From the IMG/VR virus record IMGVR_UViG_3300025138_000019: a stretch of 64,000 nucleotides of DNA; one strand, written 5' to 3'. Numbering within the stretch: position 1 is the stretch's first letter; every line of letters begins with the position of its first letter. The notes beneath the pieces were generated by a model. The model was given only the letters and a program-made list of their open reading frames with translations. It had not been told where the DNA came from and ran no database searches. The stretch comes from an uncultured virus (IMG/VR IMGVR_UViG_3300025138_000019) (Duplodnaviria; Heunggongvirae; Uroviricota; Caudoviricetes). Both the position numbers and the translations under genes were made by a program. Below, piece by piece: positions 31,064-40,733 of this stretch.

Positions 31064-31615
31064 CTATTCTTCTTCTAAAAGTTCTATATCTTCTGGTGTT
31101 GTAACCTTAGTACGAAGCAATTCTTTATAATCCATATTTTCGATATAATATCTTCTTGTTATGGGAGATACTGCTTCCTCTGGATCACTTGGTTTGTAAT
31201 TTGTGAATCCTGGCATACTAAGAGGACAATTTAATTTAGGGTAGTCTAACTTACTATATTCTTCATTTTCAGCTAGTAGCCAAGTTCTGGAACTGTCTCC
31301 ACAACCACACCCACCACAGAAATACTTACCTTCGGTTTTACTGTCCTGTAGGTGTTCACAAGGAGGAAGTTCTCCACCTACGTGTTGATTACCAAAGCAA
31401 CCTAGAACTCTAAGCTGCTTAGTGGGTTGAGTGGTTTTTTTATTGGTCAGTCCCCTTGAAGCCACGGAAGTTGCGAAACTCTGGACTAATCCTAAATTTT
31501 TTCGGATCGTTGTCTTGGTTCCGTCTGGACTGTCCACTGCTTCTACTCTGAACTTGTTCTCTACTTTTTCGTTGTTTTTTTTTGAACAACCACAATCTTT
31601 TTTATCACTCATCAA
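31064..31615 (-). CDS. Cys-rich hypothetical protein (CGC, CGGCGCGD, CP motifs)
   Basis: 183 aa with a putative metal-binding Cys cluster; last gene of the fibre cluster. Confidence 0.65.
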   Translation of the reverse strand: MMSDKKDCGCSKKNNEKVENKFRVEAVDSPDGTKTTIRKNLGLVQSFATSVASRGLTNKKTTQPTKQLRVLGCFGNQHVGGELPPCEHLQDSKTEGKYFCGGCGCGDSSRTWLLAENEEYSKLDYPKLNCPLSMPGFTNYKPSDPEEAVSPITRRYYIENMDYKELLRTKVTTPEDIELLEEE

Positions 31616-31621
31616 TGACTC

Positions 31622-32422
31622 CTATGGTAAATAAATTCTTCTGATAGGTCTTATTTTATTAAACTCGTAATGATCACATAACTTAACGTAATACGAACCT
31701 GCGGCACTTCTATTAAATTGTACACCATAATTATATGAACTTCCATTCATTTCTCTAAAATTATTTATGTGTGCCAAAGAAGAGGAAATATAGTTACCCT
31801 TCATCGATTTAAATCTTATATCACTTGCCTTAGATCTACCATATTCTCTTATTAGATTCCTTTGTATTGTGCTCTCTATATCAAGATCATATTTCTTATC
31901 AGCGATAAAAAGAAGCTCATAAAAAGATGGGATGTACCAATCTCTATGCCCATTTTTTTTATAATCTTTAAACTTTTTAAATATTCTATACTTAGGAACA
32001 GAAACTGACATTCCATCACCATAAGTATTTTTATGCCCATCAGTAACAGATGTATTATAGCTTATGAAGTTTTCTGATTTATTTCTGTAGTTTAATTTAG
32101 AAACAAGACCATATTCATCTTTACCTGGCATAGTAGGATCAGGAAGAAAGAAGTCTTCGGTACATACAATCAACAACCACTTTCTTGTTTGACGTTCATT
32201 TATTTTTGGAATTTCAGTTCCATATGAAGACATAAAATTATCTGGTGATGTGTAATCAAAAACACCAGCGACAACTCCCCCACCATATTTTTTACCAGTG
32301 GCTTTATTGATGTGAATTTTTTCATTGTTTACTGTAATATAATCAGAGTTGAGTTTTTTGGGTACTCTTTTTTCACCTAAGATTACTTTTTTTACTTCTA
32401 AGTCAGATGATTTGCTAGCCAT
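31622..32422 (-). CDS. Stand-alone DUF1566/Lcl-like (C-lectin fold) domain protein
   Basis: G..YGGGVVAG, DWYIPS..EL and IRPIRR motifs shared with 40734..43643 and 43643..46579. Confidence 0.65.
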   Translation of the reverse strand: MASKSSDLEVKKVILGEKRVPKKLNSDYITVNNEKIHINKATGKKYGGGVVAGVFDYTSPDNFMSSYGTEIPKINERQTRKWLLIVCTEDFFLPDPTMPGKDEYGLVSKLNYRNKSENFISYNTSVTDGHKNTYGDGMSVSVPKYRIFKKFKDYKKNGHRDWYIPSFYELLFIADKKYDLDIESTIQRNLIREYGRSKASDIRFKSMKGNYISSSLAHINNFREMNGSSYNYGVQFNRSAAGSYYVKLCDHYEFNKIRPIRRIYLP

Positions 32423-33231
32423 TAGCCGTCCTCCCCTTGGTCATCTACACCACAGTAACTACAGTTGCATGGACCATTGCAGTTGTTTTGGAATGGATCT
32501 ATCCATTCCCCAGCCTGCAATAAGCATTCTTCTTGAGTTAAATATTCAGTACAACCACCCTCTACATCATCATCACAACAAGCACTGACTATTTCGTCAT
32601 AACCAAGCAAACTCCAAATATCACACTCCACAGAAGCTTGTCCAAAGATAGAATAATTGCAAACGCTTCCGTCTTTATAGAATATACTTCCATATGGAGG
32701 TCTTACTAATAAAGCACAATCCTCTGTGGTGCATACGTTAGAACATTGAAGTCCGATTACTTCTCCGTTTTCAGCAGTCCCGGTTTCATAGTGACAACAA
32801 GCTTTGGGGAATCGTACATCTTCAGTTCCAAAACCACACAAAGTAGATGAGTTATTAAAAGTCTCACATGGAAACGGATACCAATTTCCACCCTTTTCAT
32901 TGCAGCCGCACTGAGTGGTTGCAGTCAAACCTAGTTGGTATTTTTGTGAATATTCTGAGTATGTGTCATTTACTATAGAACCCAACAAATTATCTTTCTC
33001 ATCTTCACTTAAATGACTACATGCACAACAACATCCTGTCCTACCAATTTGAGGACAAGTGACTTCACTTAAATCATCTGCCCCACGGAACAGTCCTTTT
33101 TGAACTGCACATTCAACATAGGAAGCCATTATCTTACTTCCATCAGGAAGACAGCATCCTCCAGTCAAACCATCATACTCTCCGTGTGCTATTACTGTTG
33201 GTATTCTAGATCTAAAGGTTGTAGTTGCCAT
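32422..33231 (-). CDS. Cys-rich GxCC-repeat protein
   Basis: GGCCLPDG, GCCCAC, KACC and SACC..C...T..EC...G.W repeats. Confidence 0.7.
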   Translation of the reverse strand: MATTTFRSRIPTVIAHGEYDGLTGGCCLPDGSKIMASYVECAVQKGLFRGADDLSEVTCPQIGRTGCCCACSHLSEDEKDNLLGSIVNDTYSEYSQKYQLGLTATTQCGCNEKGGNWYPFPCETFNNSSTLCGFGTEDVRFPKACCHYETGTAENGEVIGLQCSNVCTTEDCALLVRPPYGSIFYKDGSVCNYSIFGQASVECDIWSLLGYDEIVSACCDDDVEGGCTEYLTQEECLLQAGEWIDPFQNNCNGPCNCSYCGVDDQGEDG

Positions 33232-33237
33232 TTATTG

Positions 33238-36200
33238 TCAACACCTTTCGTATTCTAAACATGGATCGAAGCCGAGTGTAGTATCATAACCACACGCCAC
33301 ATCAGTACATATACTTGTTCCTCCGACAGGAATCTTCACTCTATATGAGGTTGAATAATATTCCCAAGGATCGATGATATCTGGTAACTGTGTGTAATCA
33401 AATCCAGTTCCGTATGGATCTTCGGTAGAACTCAATAACCCCTCCCCGGCTGGACCGGGTGAACACCATGAACACAGTCCTTGACTTCTCTTAGGATCAC
33501 TTGGGATTGCGGGTGTCGCCGGGGGCCCATTGGATTCTAATTTACATGGTTTCCAGAAACACTGTGGCCCACCCGGTGAATTCCCCGGAGTCACTGCGTC
33601 TCTATCAATTTCATTACAAACTTTACCACTCATGCAGTATCCTCTTGGATCTCCACCTAAAATATAGGTACATCCATTACCACATCTCAGTCCATCACAG
33701 AACCCATCTCCGGGAGCATCGGGATCGCTCCCCGGATTGTTGGTTAGATTATCTACCTCATCCCTTCCATCTGAGTAACCACAAACGCAGTTTTTATAAC
33801 ATATATCTTGGTTTGTTGGATCGTGATCACCTTCTTGGTTCCACTCACCTTCATCAGATCTATGAAGACAAAGATTGTCCTTATATCCTTCTGCGTCACA
33901 GTCACTCGTATTCATAACTGGACACATCATACATTCTTGAAGTTCTTCCAGAATATCAAGAGGATTTCTTAGTGGTTCGTTGTCGTCACAACCACCAGCA
34001 GCAGAATCTTCGTTGGCACATCTAGTGCTTTGTCCTGAGGCATTAAAGTGTCCTGTACAAATTGCTTCCTTACATTCAGGAGAAAGGCTCTTGTATGGTG
34101 GAGTTTCCGGGAACATTATATCAAGAACTTCCTCAACCACCTGTTTTCTCTGGTCGAAGGTGATCGCTGAGAGGCATAGACAACCGTAACAACCTACTCC
34201 GCCAATCTTTGGACCCAACTCACTACAACCTCCGTCATTCCCAACACCGAGAAGAGCTGCTTCCAAAAGACTCTTTAAGAGTGCTTTGGCTCGTTGTTGT
34301 GCCTTATAAATTGGTTCCGCTATGTGACCACATGCTTCAGACTTTTCGTTATTGGGAACGAATGGTTGATTGAGAACTGCGTCCTGTAAAATGTTTTCTG
34401 GATCGCACTGACATGTTCCGTCGATACATTTCAGATTACCCGGACATGGTGTGCTTTCATCACACGAATCTCCGATTCCATTCGATGGATCCAATGTCGG
34501 ATCGACAGGATTACCATTAGCGTCGAGCGGATTGCCATTACACCGACTTCCCCCGAACTGTCTACTACATGCGCTTTCGCCTGTTTGAGGATCTACGGGT
34601 TCCTTTGGATTCTGCGCTTCGCCACAACATTCTTCGGTTGCTACAGGACCTCCTCCAACATCACCATCACAAGGTTGTTGACAGTCTGGGTTGGGATTCT
34701 TTTTCATTGTAGTTCTGGTTCTGCCATCATCGGTCGGACCACCACCACAATATACGTTATCAGGTTTAACTTCACCTGAAGGATCCGGTGGTTTCCCTAA
34801 AGACATATCTATAACATCGTCTGATAGAAAACGACATGATCTACAAGTGTAGCAAAGATCTAAATCTTCAACTTTACCGTCAAAAGCTTCTTTGAATTCT
34901 GGATCCGATCCAGCAGGGTTGTTTCCTGGTCTTGTGTCACACTGACTCCTACAAGCACATACCATTTTATGTATTAAACCATCAGCACAATCGCCACCAT
35001 CGTTGCAATTTGCTCCTTCTTGAGCATTTACATCACAATCAGTATGACACAAACCTTGGTTTGCATCTGGACAGAGACAATTAGTTTCACAAGGCTCACC
35101 ATTCGCACAAAACGCAGCACACAGTTCTCTAGCTTTATCGGTGGTGATTCTTAGACATGCATCATTCTCACAATTAGCAGCATCAGGGCCTGATATGCAA
35201 TTTCCATTACAACATACTTGTCCGTCTGGACATCCTTCTGGACAGCTCTTCTCAGGATCGCCGCCAATTTCCCAGCCCTGATTTCTCAGTTCTTTCATAC
35301 ATGCACAGTTAGGGGCGCACCACTCTTCTTGCTCGATCTCAGGAGCGCATCCACCTGATCCACTAGGTTCTCCACGATCTTTGCACTTCTTGACTGCATC
35401 GAGTGCATCAAGTGCTGCATCTACTGCATCCCTTATCTTACCGAGTGGCGCAAACTCGCATGGAGGCGGACCACCGTTCTCGGCTTCGAATGCGTCTCTC
35501 GCGTCCGAACAGCCTTCAGGAAGGCCTTGGGGGATGAAGCTACATGCCGCAGCTATGACTTCATACCTTGCGTTCATTCCATCTGCAATTGATCGTGCTA
35601 GACAATCTCTATTGAAGTCAGGACCATCACACGCCCCGATTCCAGCAAGATCTGCTGTGCAATCGCCACCAGACTCATCTTTGTATTTGGGCATCGGACC
35701 ATTTTCGGTAGGCTGACCGGGGTCACCTGTTCCCGGATCACATTGAAGCGGGAGTTGACTTTGGTTGCACATACCATCTCTTGCAAGTCCTTTGTTATCA
35801 CTAAACGTGCAAAGCCACTTAGATCTAGTCTTCGATCTACATCTCTTGCATAATTCACACACACCCAAGTTGTCCCACATTTGTCTACTTAAATCATCAC
35901 CACACATGATTTGTGTTGTGCAGACTGGTGAACATTGCAACGGATCGCCGTCTTCTTCTTCTGGACATTCATCTAACCCGCTAGGACCTGGACCAGGTCC
36001 ACCACCGTTGTCGTCGTCTTCATCTGATTCACATACACATCTTGGCGCACCACTACAACTGGTGTCGGGTGGGCATGGATTACCTTCACAGCAGTTACCA
36101 CCAGGTCCACCACCACCACCAGGCGGGTCAATCAAGTCACATAAAAGTTCGGCAGTTGATCCACAAGAAAGAGAGAATGGATCGTAATCAGAACCTTCGA

Positions 36201-39200
36201 TTAGAACTGGAGGTGGTGCCTGACCCTCTTCTGGTGTGCAAGCTTCTTCTCCATATTCTCCTTGTACAACATAGTCACCATTTTCATTTTTCAAGCAAGG
36301 TAAAGTTCCACCAATTTCTGAACACAACCCAGCTTCAGCTTCTTCTACAGTTATCTTTTTACATTCAGGTTCCGGACATTCAGGACATCCGTCACTACAC
36401 ATACCTTCCATAGTACAATCAGTTTCTACACCTTGGAATTCAGGAGTACCATATGTGTCATCGTAATTGTTACAAAATTCTTCTGTGGATTCAATGCAGT
36501 CTCTGTATGGATCTGAAAAGTCTCCGTTTTCGTCTATGGGACCTGGTCGCCATATACAACAAGAACCAATAAAGTCTGGTGGATCTTGACATTTGCCCTC
36601 GACACATATTTGTGGTTGTTCGCATGGAGGAACACATTTATCTTCCCCTTCACCTTCTGGATCTATGCACTTCCCGTTGTAACACCATAATGGTGGTACA
36701 CATGGAGGATCACATGGAGTGCAGTCTAGGAAACCAGCAGGATCGAAGCACTCTCCGTTTACACAAAGACATGGTGCGGTGCATGCTGGATCGCATCCTT
36801 GTGGTTCACACGGAGAACACTCTCCACCGATACAACAAAGATTTTGTCCGGGGAACGATAACGCACAATCGATATCGCTTGTACAATCATCACTGTCATC
36901 ATCGCTACAATTACAGACATATTCATTATTCTCAAGAACACATGTGCAAATCTGACCAGGATTACAATCATCTCCGTTGACATCACAATTTCCAACTGAA
37001 CATTCTGCCATCTGGAACGCTAGATTTACGCATTGCTGTGTCCAACCTACTTCACAACACTCAGGTATTTTTTCACAGACGGCTGTACAACATCCCGGTA
37101 ACTCACAATATGGTGTGTCATTTGCTTCATAACAACTTCCCGCACCTTCAGTGCCACATCCAAGAGGAATACAATTATTGATTTCATCACAATAAAGGGC
37201 TTCATCGTGGAACACTGTTGTGTATTCTGGTTGTTCGTTTATATTATCACAAACTTCCCTGAATGTCCGCTGGCAACTTATGAGCTTTCCATTCTCGTAG
37301 GTACAACAAGGACGCAGGGATGTACATTGTCTTAACCCAGATGCACCGGCACGATCACAACCACAATCTGGATTATCATTTTCTACTGCACACCACTCAT
37401 CAGGGGGTTGTTCATCTGTACAATTACCAAAGCAATCGCCGGGACATTGATCTTCTGGAATACAAGGAACTCCGGGAATGCACGAAGCGTTTACAGCAAA
37501 ATCACAAGCATTATCGTTCGTGCTAGGTCCTCCGTTTGCAACTGGAGTGTATATACCACCAAGATCGTCACATGATCCCTCGTCATCTACGTTTATACAG
37601 TTATCCCAACCGAGACAACAGTATCCATCACTACATGGGTAAACATCTTCGTCTGTAATAGTACACAGTTTTCCGATTCTTCCAGAACAGAACTCGACTT
37701 CCTCTGAGCATGGGTTGACAACAATCGAACCAGCCTGGTTCGTTTCAATTTGTGCAAATACTTCTCGACTTATAATTCTATCTCGAACTGCGGGTGGGTA
37801 ACAACTACAATTTTCCACGACAGGAGTAAACACAGAACCAAATTCATTCTGAGCGCCCTCAGGAGTGCCAAGTTGATCACATAAGAATTTTGGCACTCCT
37901 CTGGTTCCTGTACTATAGAAACATTCTGTTCGAGAAGTTGGTTCGTTCACAAAGCCGCTCTGAATAAGACTACAAATACCACAGTTATCATCTGGGTTTT
38001 CCCAACCAAGATTACATTGTAGCGCGTCTCCGCAGGGATTTCCTGTTCTATTACAATCACTGTCGATTCGTCCACATTCTCCGTCTGTGCAGTCAGGAGC
38101 GTCTGCACAACTACAGTTTCCGGTATCGCACGTCAATGAGCTGGCGCAAGGTGGAGAACCACCTCCGCAGTCGGCGGAACAACATTCCTTTGTCCATACC
38201 GGCACGCAGCTACCAACACCACCTCTACAACAGCTAAACTGAGGACCTTCGAGGATTCCTCCGGGTATTGTTCCCCTTACTTCACCACCAAGGCACACCT
38301 CGCAGTGATTCGCATCGCATACTGGTTGGCAATTGCCATTTATACAGCACGCAACGTAATATGATCCTTCATCTCCATCTGGGTTACATGGATTTGCTTT
38401 GGGTGGCGGTGGACAATCGGTGCCAAGCGGATCGTCATTACAACTTCGACAGAAGCTAGGAGCTTCGCCTCCACAACAGCAAGGACCATCCGAATTGCCT
38501 CCAGTCTCCCAGTCTGGATCTTCTAAATCAGCGTTTCGAAGGGCCTCTGGATCTCTCTCGAAGAATTCCTTACTATACAAGGAAGGACGACACACACCAT
38601 TAACACATATATGAGCACTTCCGCAATCGGAATCAGCCGAACATGACGGGATGGTATTGGCATCAAACTGTCCTGCTCTACCCCGAGATGATCTCTGGAT
38701 TCCTCTTTCTTCTGCTAGACAACAGCCGGGAAGACCTGGATTTTCTTCACATAACTCACTGTCTCTGTAACCGCAGAGCATACAGCAAGGAACCATTGGA
38801 TCTGGATCTGGTGGATCCGTATCACAATCAACCTCTGAACACTGTTCATCTGGGAAAAATTCTAATCCACCAAGACGAGTGCAATCTTCGGCTGTTACGT
38901 TTACACATGCAGTTTCATCTGGGTTTGCTGGATCTGGTAGATAACAACAAGCTCCTATATCTGGAGGAGGCACAGTAGGACAATCATCTTCTCCGGTGCA
39001 AATTGTTTGTGGTGTGAATATTCCACCACCATCTACACAATTAGTTTGTGTTATAAAATCTTCACATTTGTATTCTGAGTCGGTATCACCAGAATTGCAA
39101 TTTTGTAAACAAGTACAACACTTACCAACTGGTTCGTCGTCATCGACAATACAACAATCAATATCTTGACATCTAACGTCTTGTCCCATAAATACGCCAC

Positions 39201-40722
39201 CGACTCGCTTACAATCTTGGACTGTAACATCACTCAGGCAAGTATCTTCAGTGCAACATGCACCAATGTATGGAATATAATCACAACAATCGATATATCC
39301 ACATCCTGCCGTTCCACCGCCATATGCGGGATCGTTTGGATTTATGGAAGTACCTTCTAAAATTTCTTCGCACTGTATTCTACTGTAATTACCAATACAG
39401 ATACCATCTTTACAACAGGCCCATTGTGGTTGACATGGATCATTACAAAATCTTATTGAGTTATCACCCTCTGGACTTGAATCATATGAATTACAGGTTA
39501 CACCTTCCCAGTAAGTTGCATTATAGTAATCACATTCTGCTTTACTCATCTCAGATAAACAAATACCCTCAGAACAACAAACTCCGGCGGTGATGCCACA
39601 GTTATTTTGACATGAGTTGTTTATATCAAAAACACCATACAAATTATCACAGAAAGATTGTGTTACATAATCTTTACATTTGAATGTTTCATTGATTGGA
39701 TCTTGATAACAACAGGATCCGTATGCTCCACCAGATTGACATGAATCTACATTGTAACCTCTTGCAGCAAAAACAACTCTCCAAGAGAAACCATTGTCGT
39801 GACTATAGAAGTTACAGATATCAGTACCACAACTGAAGAACTTGTTTAATGATTCAAAGTAAACATTGTCTGGGAACTTCCAAAATCCATCACCTTTAAC
39901 AACCGCAGTAAACGATCGTAGTTCTGGTTTTGCGTTGAAGTCTCCGGTGAATCCCTTGATACCAATTGGGGTATTGATTACAACCAATGCACCTCTATCG
40001 ACATCAATCAGAATTCCGCTGTCTGATGTTTCTCCACCAAGATCGTCATCCCCAGTTACTCCTGTAATTTCATCTTGTAGAATTGGACCGACTGTATAAG
40101 TAAAGTCCTTTGTATCAGTAACAAGTTTTACGTTAGCGGCTGGAGCAGCATCAACTTCGTCTGGAAATTGTGCCTTACTTAAAATGGAGTTGAAGAATAA
40201 AATTTCATCGTCTATTGTGACACCATGAAGTTCAGAAACTCTATCTGGCTCGCTAAGATAAAGTAAGTGACTACCTGTCATTCCGACATCTACACTCGCA
40301 CCAGTAAACTCTTCTGGATTGTAGCCACCAGTTATGAAAACAGAATTGAATAGACCAACAGAAACATAAAGTGAACCATCACCACCTATTGATGTGAATT
40401 CAAATGTCTTTCCACCGTCAACACCTTTAAACAAATCATATTGACCTGCATCGACAGTCGAACCTGCTCCAAGGTGATAAGTTCCAGTATTTCCAGTTAA
40501 ACCTATAACGGTAAATACATTTTCATCACTGATATGGAAATCTAAGTGATCATCATATCTTTCTATTCGAGTGATATATGCACCAGTTCCACCTGATGGA
40601 CCAGACCAAGTAGTGCCAGGAGTTGCTAACTCTGGCCCAGTGGTGCCGGTTATTCCTCTTGGACCCTGCGGACCTCTAGGTCCCTTTGGTTTTATGTGGC
40701 TACTTCCGATGAATCTTGACAT
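33238..40722 (-). CDS. Giant (2494 aa) Cys-rich putative fibre/adhesin with a collagen-like N-terminus
   Basis: GPRGPQGPRGITGTTGP, about ten xxCC repeats, small EGF-like Cys modules and Pro/Gly linkers; lies in the tail-fibre slot. Confidence 0.75.
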   Translation of the reverse strand: MSRFIGSSHIKPKGPRGPQGPRGITGTTGPELATPGTTWSGPSGGTGAYITRIERYDDHLDFHISDENVFTVIGLTGNTGTYHLGAGSTVDAGQYDLFKGVDGGKTFEFTSIGGDGSLYVSVGLFNSVFITGGYNPEEFTGASVDVGMTGSHLLYLSEPDRVSELHGVTIDDEILFFNSILSKAQFPDEVDAAPAANVKLVTDTKDFTYTVGPILQDEITGVTGDDDLGGETSDSGILIDVDRGALVVINTPIGIKGFTGDFNAKPELRSFTAVVKGDGFWKFPDNVYFESLNKFFSCGTDICNFYSHDNGFSWRVVFAARGYNVDSCQSGGAYGSCCYQDPINETFKCKDYVTQSFCDNLYGVFDINNSCQNNCGITAGVCCSEGICLSEMSKAECDYYNATYWEGVTCNSYDSSPEGDNSIRFCNDPCQPQWACCKDGICIGNYSRIQCEEILEGTSINPNDPAYGGGTAGCGYIDCCDYIPYIGACCTEDTCLSDVTVQDCKRVGGVFMGQDVRCQDIDCCIVDDDEPVGKCCTCLQNCNSGDTDSEYKCEDFITQTNCVDGGGIFTPQTICTGEDDCPTVPPPDIGACCYLPDPANPDETACVNVTAEDCTRLGGLEFFPDEQCSEVDCDTDPPDPDPMVPCCMLCGYRDSELCEENPGLPGCCLAEERGIQRSSRGRAGQFDANTIPSCSADSDCGSAHICVNGVCRPSLYSKEFFERDPEALRNADLEDPDWETGGNSDGPCCCGGEAPSFCRSCNDDPLGTDCPPPPKANPCNPDGDEGSYYVACCINGNCQPVCDANHCEVCLGGEVRGTIPGGILEGPQFSCCRGGVGSCVPVWTKECCSADCGGGSPPCASSLTCDTGNCSCADAPDCTDGECGRIDSDCNRTGNPCGDALQCNLGWENPDDNCGICSLIQSGFVNEPTSRTECFYSTGTRGVPKFLCDQLGTPEGAQNEFGSVFTPVVENCSCYPPAVRDRIISREVFAQIETNQAGSIVVNPCSEEVEFCSGRIGKLCTITDEDVYPCSDGYCCLGWDNCINVDDEGSCDDLGGIYTPVANGGPSTNDNACDFAVNASCIPGVPCIPEDQCPGDCFGNCTDEQPPDEWCAVENDNPDCGCDRAGASGLRQCTSLRPCCTYENGKLISCQRTFREVCDNINEQPEYTTVFHDEALYCDEINNCIPLGCGTEGAGSCYEANDTPYCELPGCCTAVCEKIPECCEVGWTQQCVNLAFQMAECSVGNCDVNGDDCNPGQICTCVLENNEYVCNCSDDDSDDCTSDIDCALSFPGQNLCCIGGECSPCEPQGCDPACTAPCLCVNGECFDPAGFLDCTPCDPPCVPPLWCYNGKCIDPEGEGEDKCVPPCEQPQICVEGKCQDPPDFIGSCCIWRPGPIDENGDFSDPYRDCIESTEEFCNNYDDTYGTPEFQGVETDCTMEGMCSDGCPECPEPECKKITVEEAEAGLCSEIGGTLPCLKNENGDYVVQGEYGEEACTPEEGQAPPPVLIEGSDYDPFSLSCGSTAELLCDLIDPPGGGGGPGGNCCEGNPCPPDTSCSGAPRCVCESDEDDDNGGGPGPGPSGLDECPEEEDGDPLQCSPVCTTQIMCGDDLSRQMWDNLGVCELCKRCRSKTRSKWLCTFSDNKGLARDGMCNQSQLPLQCDPGTGDPGQPTENGPMPKYKDESGGDCTADLAGIGACDGPDFNRDCLARSIADGMNARYEVIAAACSFIPQGLPEGCSDARDAFEAENGGPPPCEFAPLGKIRDAVDAALDALDAVKKCKDRGEPSGSGGCAPEIEQEEWCAPNCACMKELRNQGWEIGGDPEKSCPEGCPDGQVCCNGNCISGPDAANCENDACLRITTDKARELCAAFCANGEPCETNCLCPDANQGLCHTDCDVNAQEGANCNDGGDCADGLIHKMVCACRSQCDTRPGNNPAGSDPEFKEAFDGKVEDLDLCYTCRSCRFLSDDVIDMSLGKPPDPSGEVKPDNVYCGGGPTDDGRTRTTMKKNPNPDCQQPCDGDVGGGPVATEECCGEAQNPKEPVDPQTGESACSRQFGGSRCNGNPLDANGNPVDPTLDPSNGIGDSCDESTPCPGNLKCIDGTCQCDPENILQDAVLNQPFVPNNEKSEACGHIAEPIYKAQQRAKALLKSLLEAALLGVGNDGGCSELGPKIGGVGCYGCLCLSAITFDQRKQVVEEVLDIMFPETPPYKSLSPECKEAICTGHFNASGQSTRCANEDSAAGGCDDNEPLRNPLDILEELQECMMCPVMNTSDCDAEGYKDNLCLHRSDEGEWNQEGDHDPTNQDICYKNCVCGYSDGRDEVDNLTNNPGSDPDAPGDGFCDGLRCGNGCTYILGGDPRGYCMSGKVCNEIDRDAVTPGNSPGGPQCFWKPCKLESNGPPATPAIPSDPKRSQGLCSWCSPGPAGEGLLSSTEDPYGTGFDYTQLPDIIDPWEYYSTSYRVKIPVGGTSICTDVACGYDTTLGFDPCLEYERC

Positions 40723-40733
40723 ATAGAATCTCT

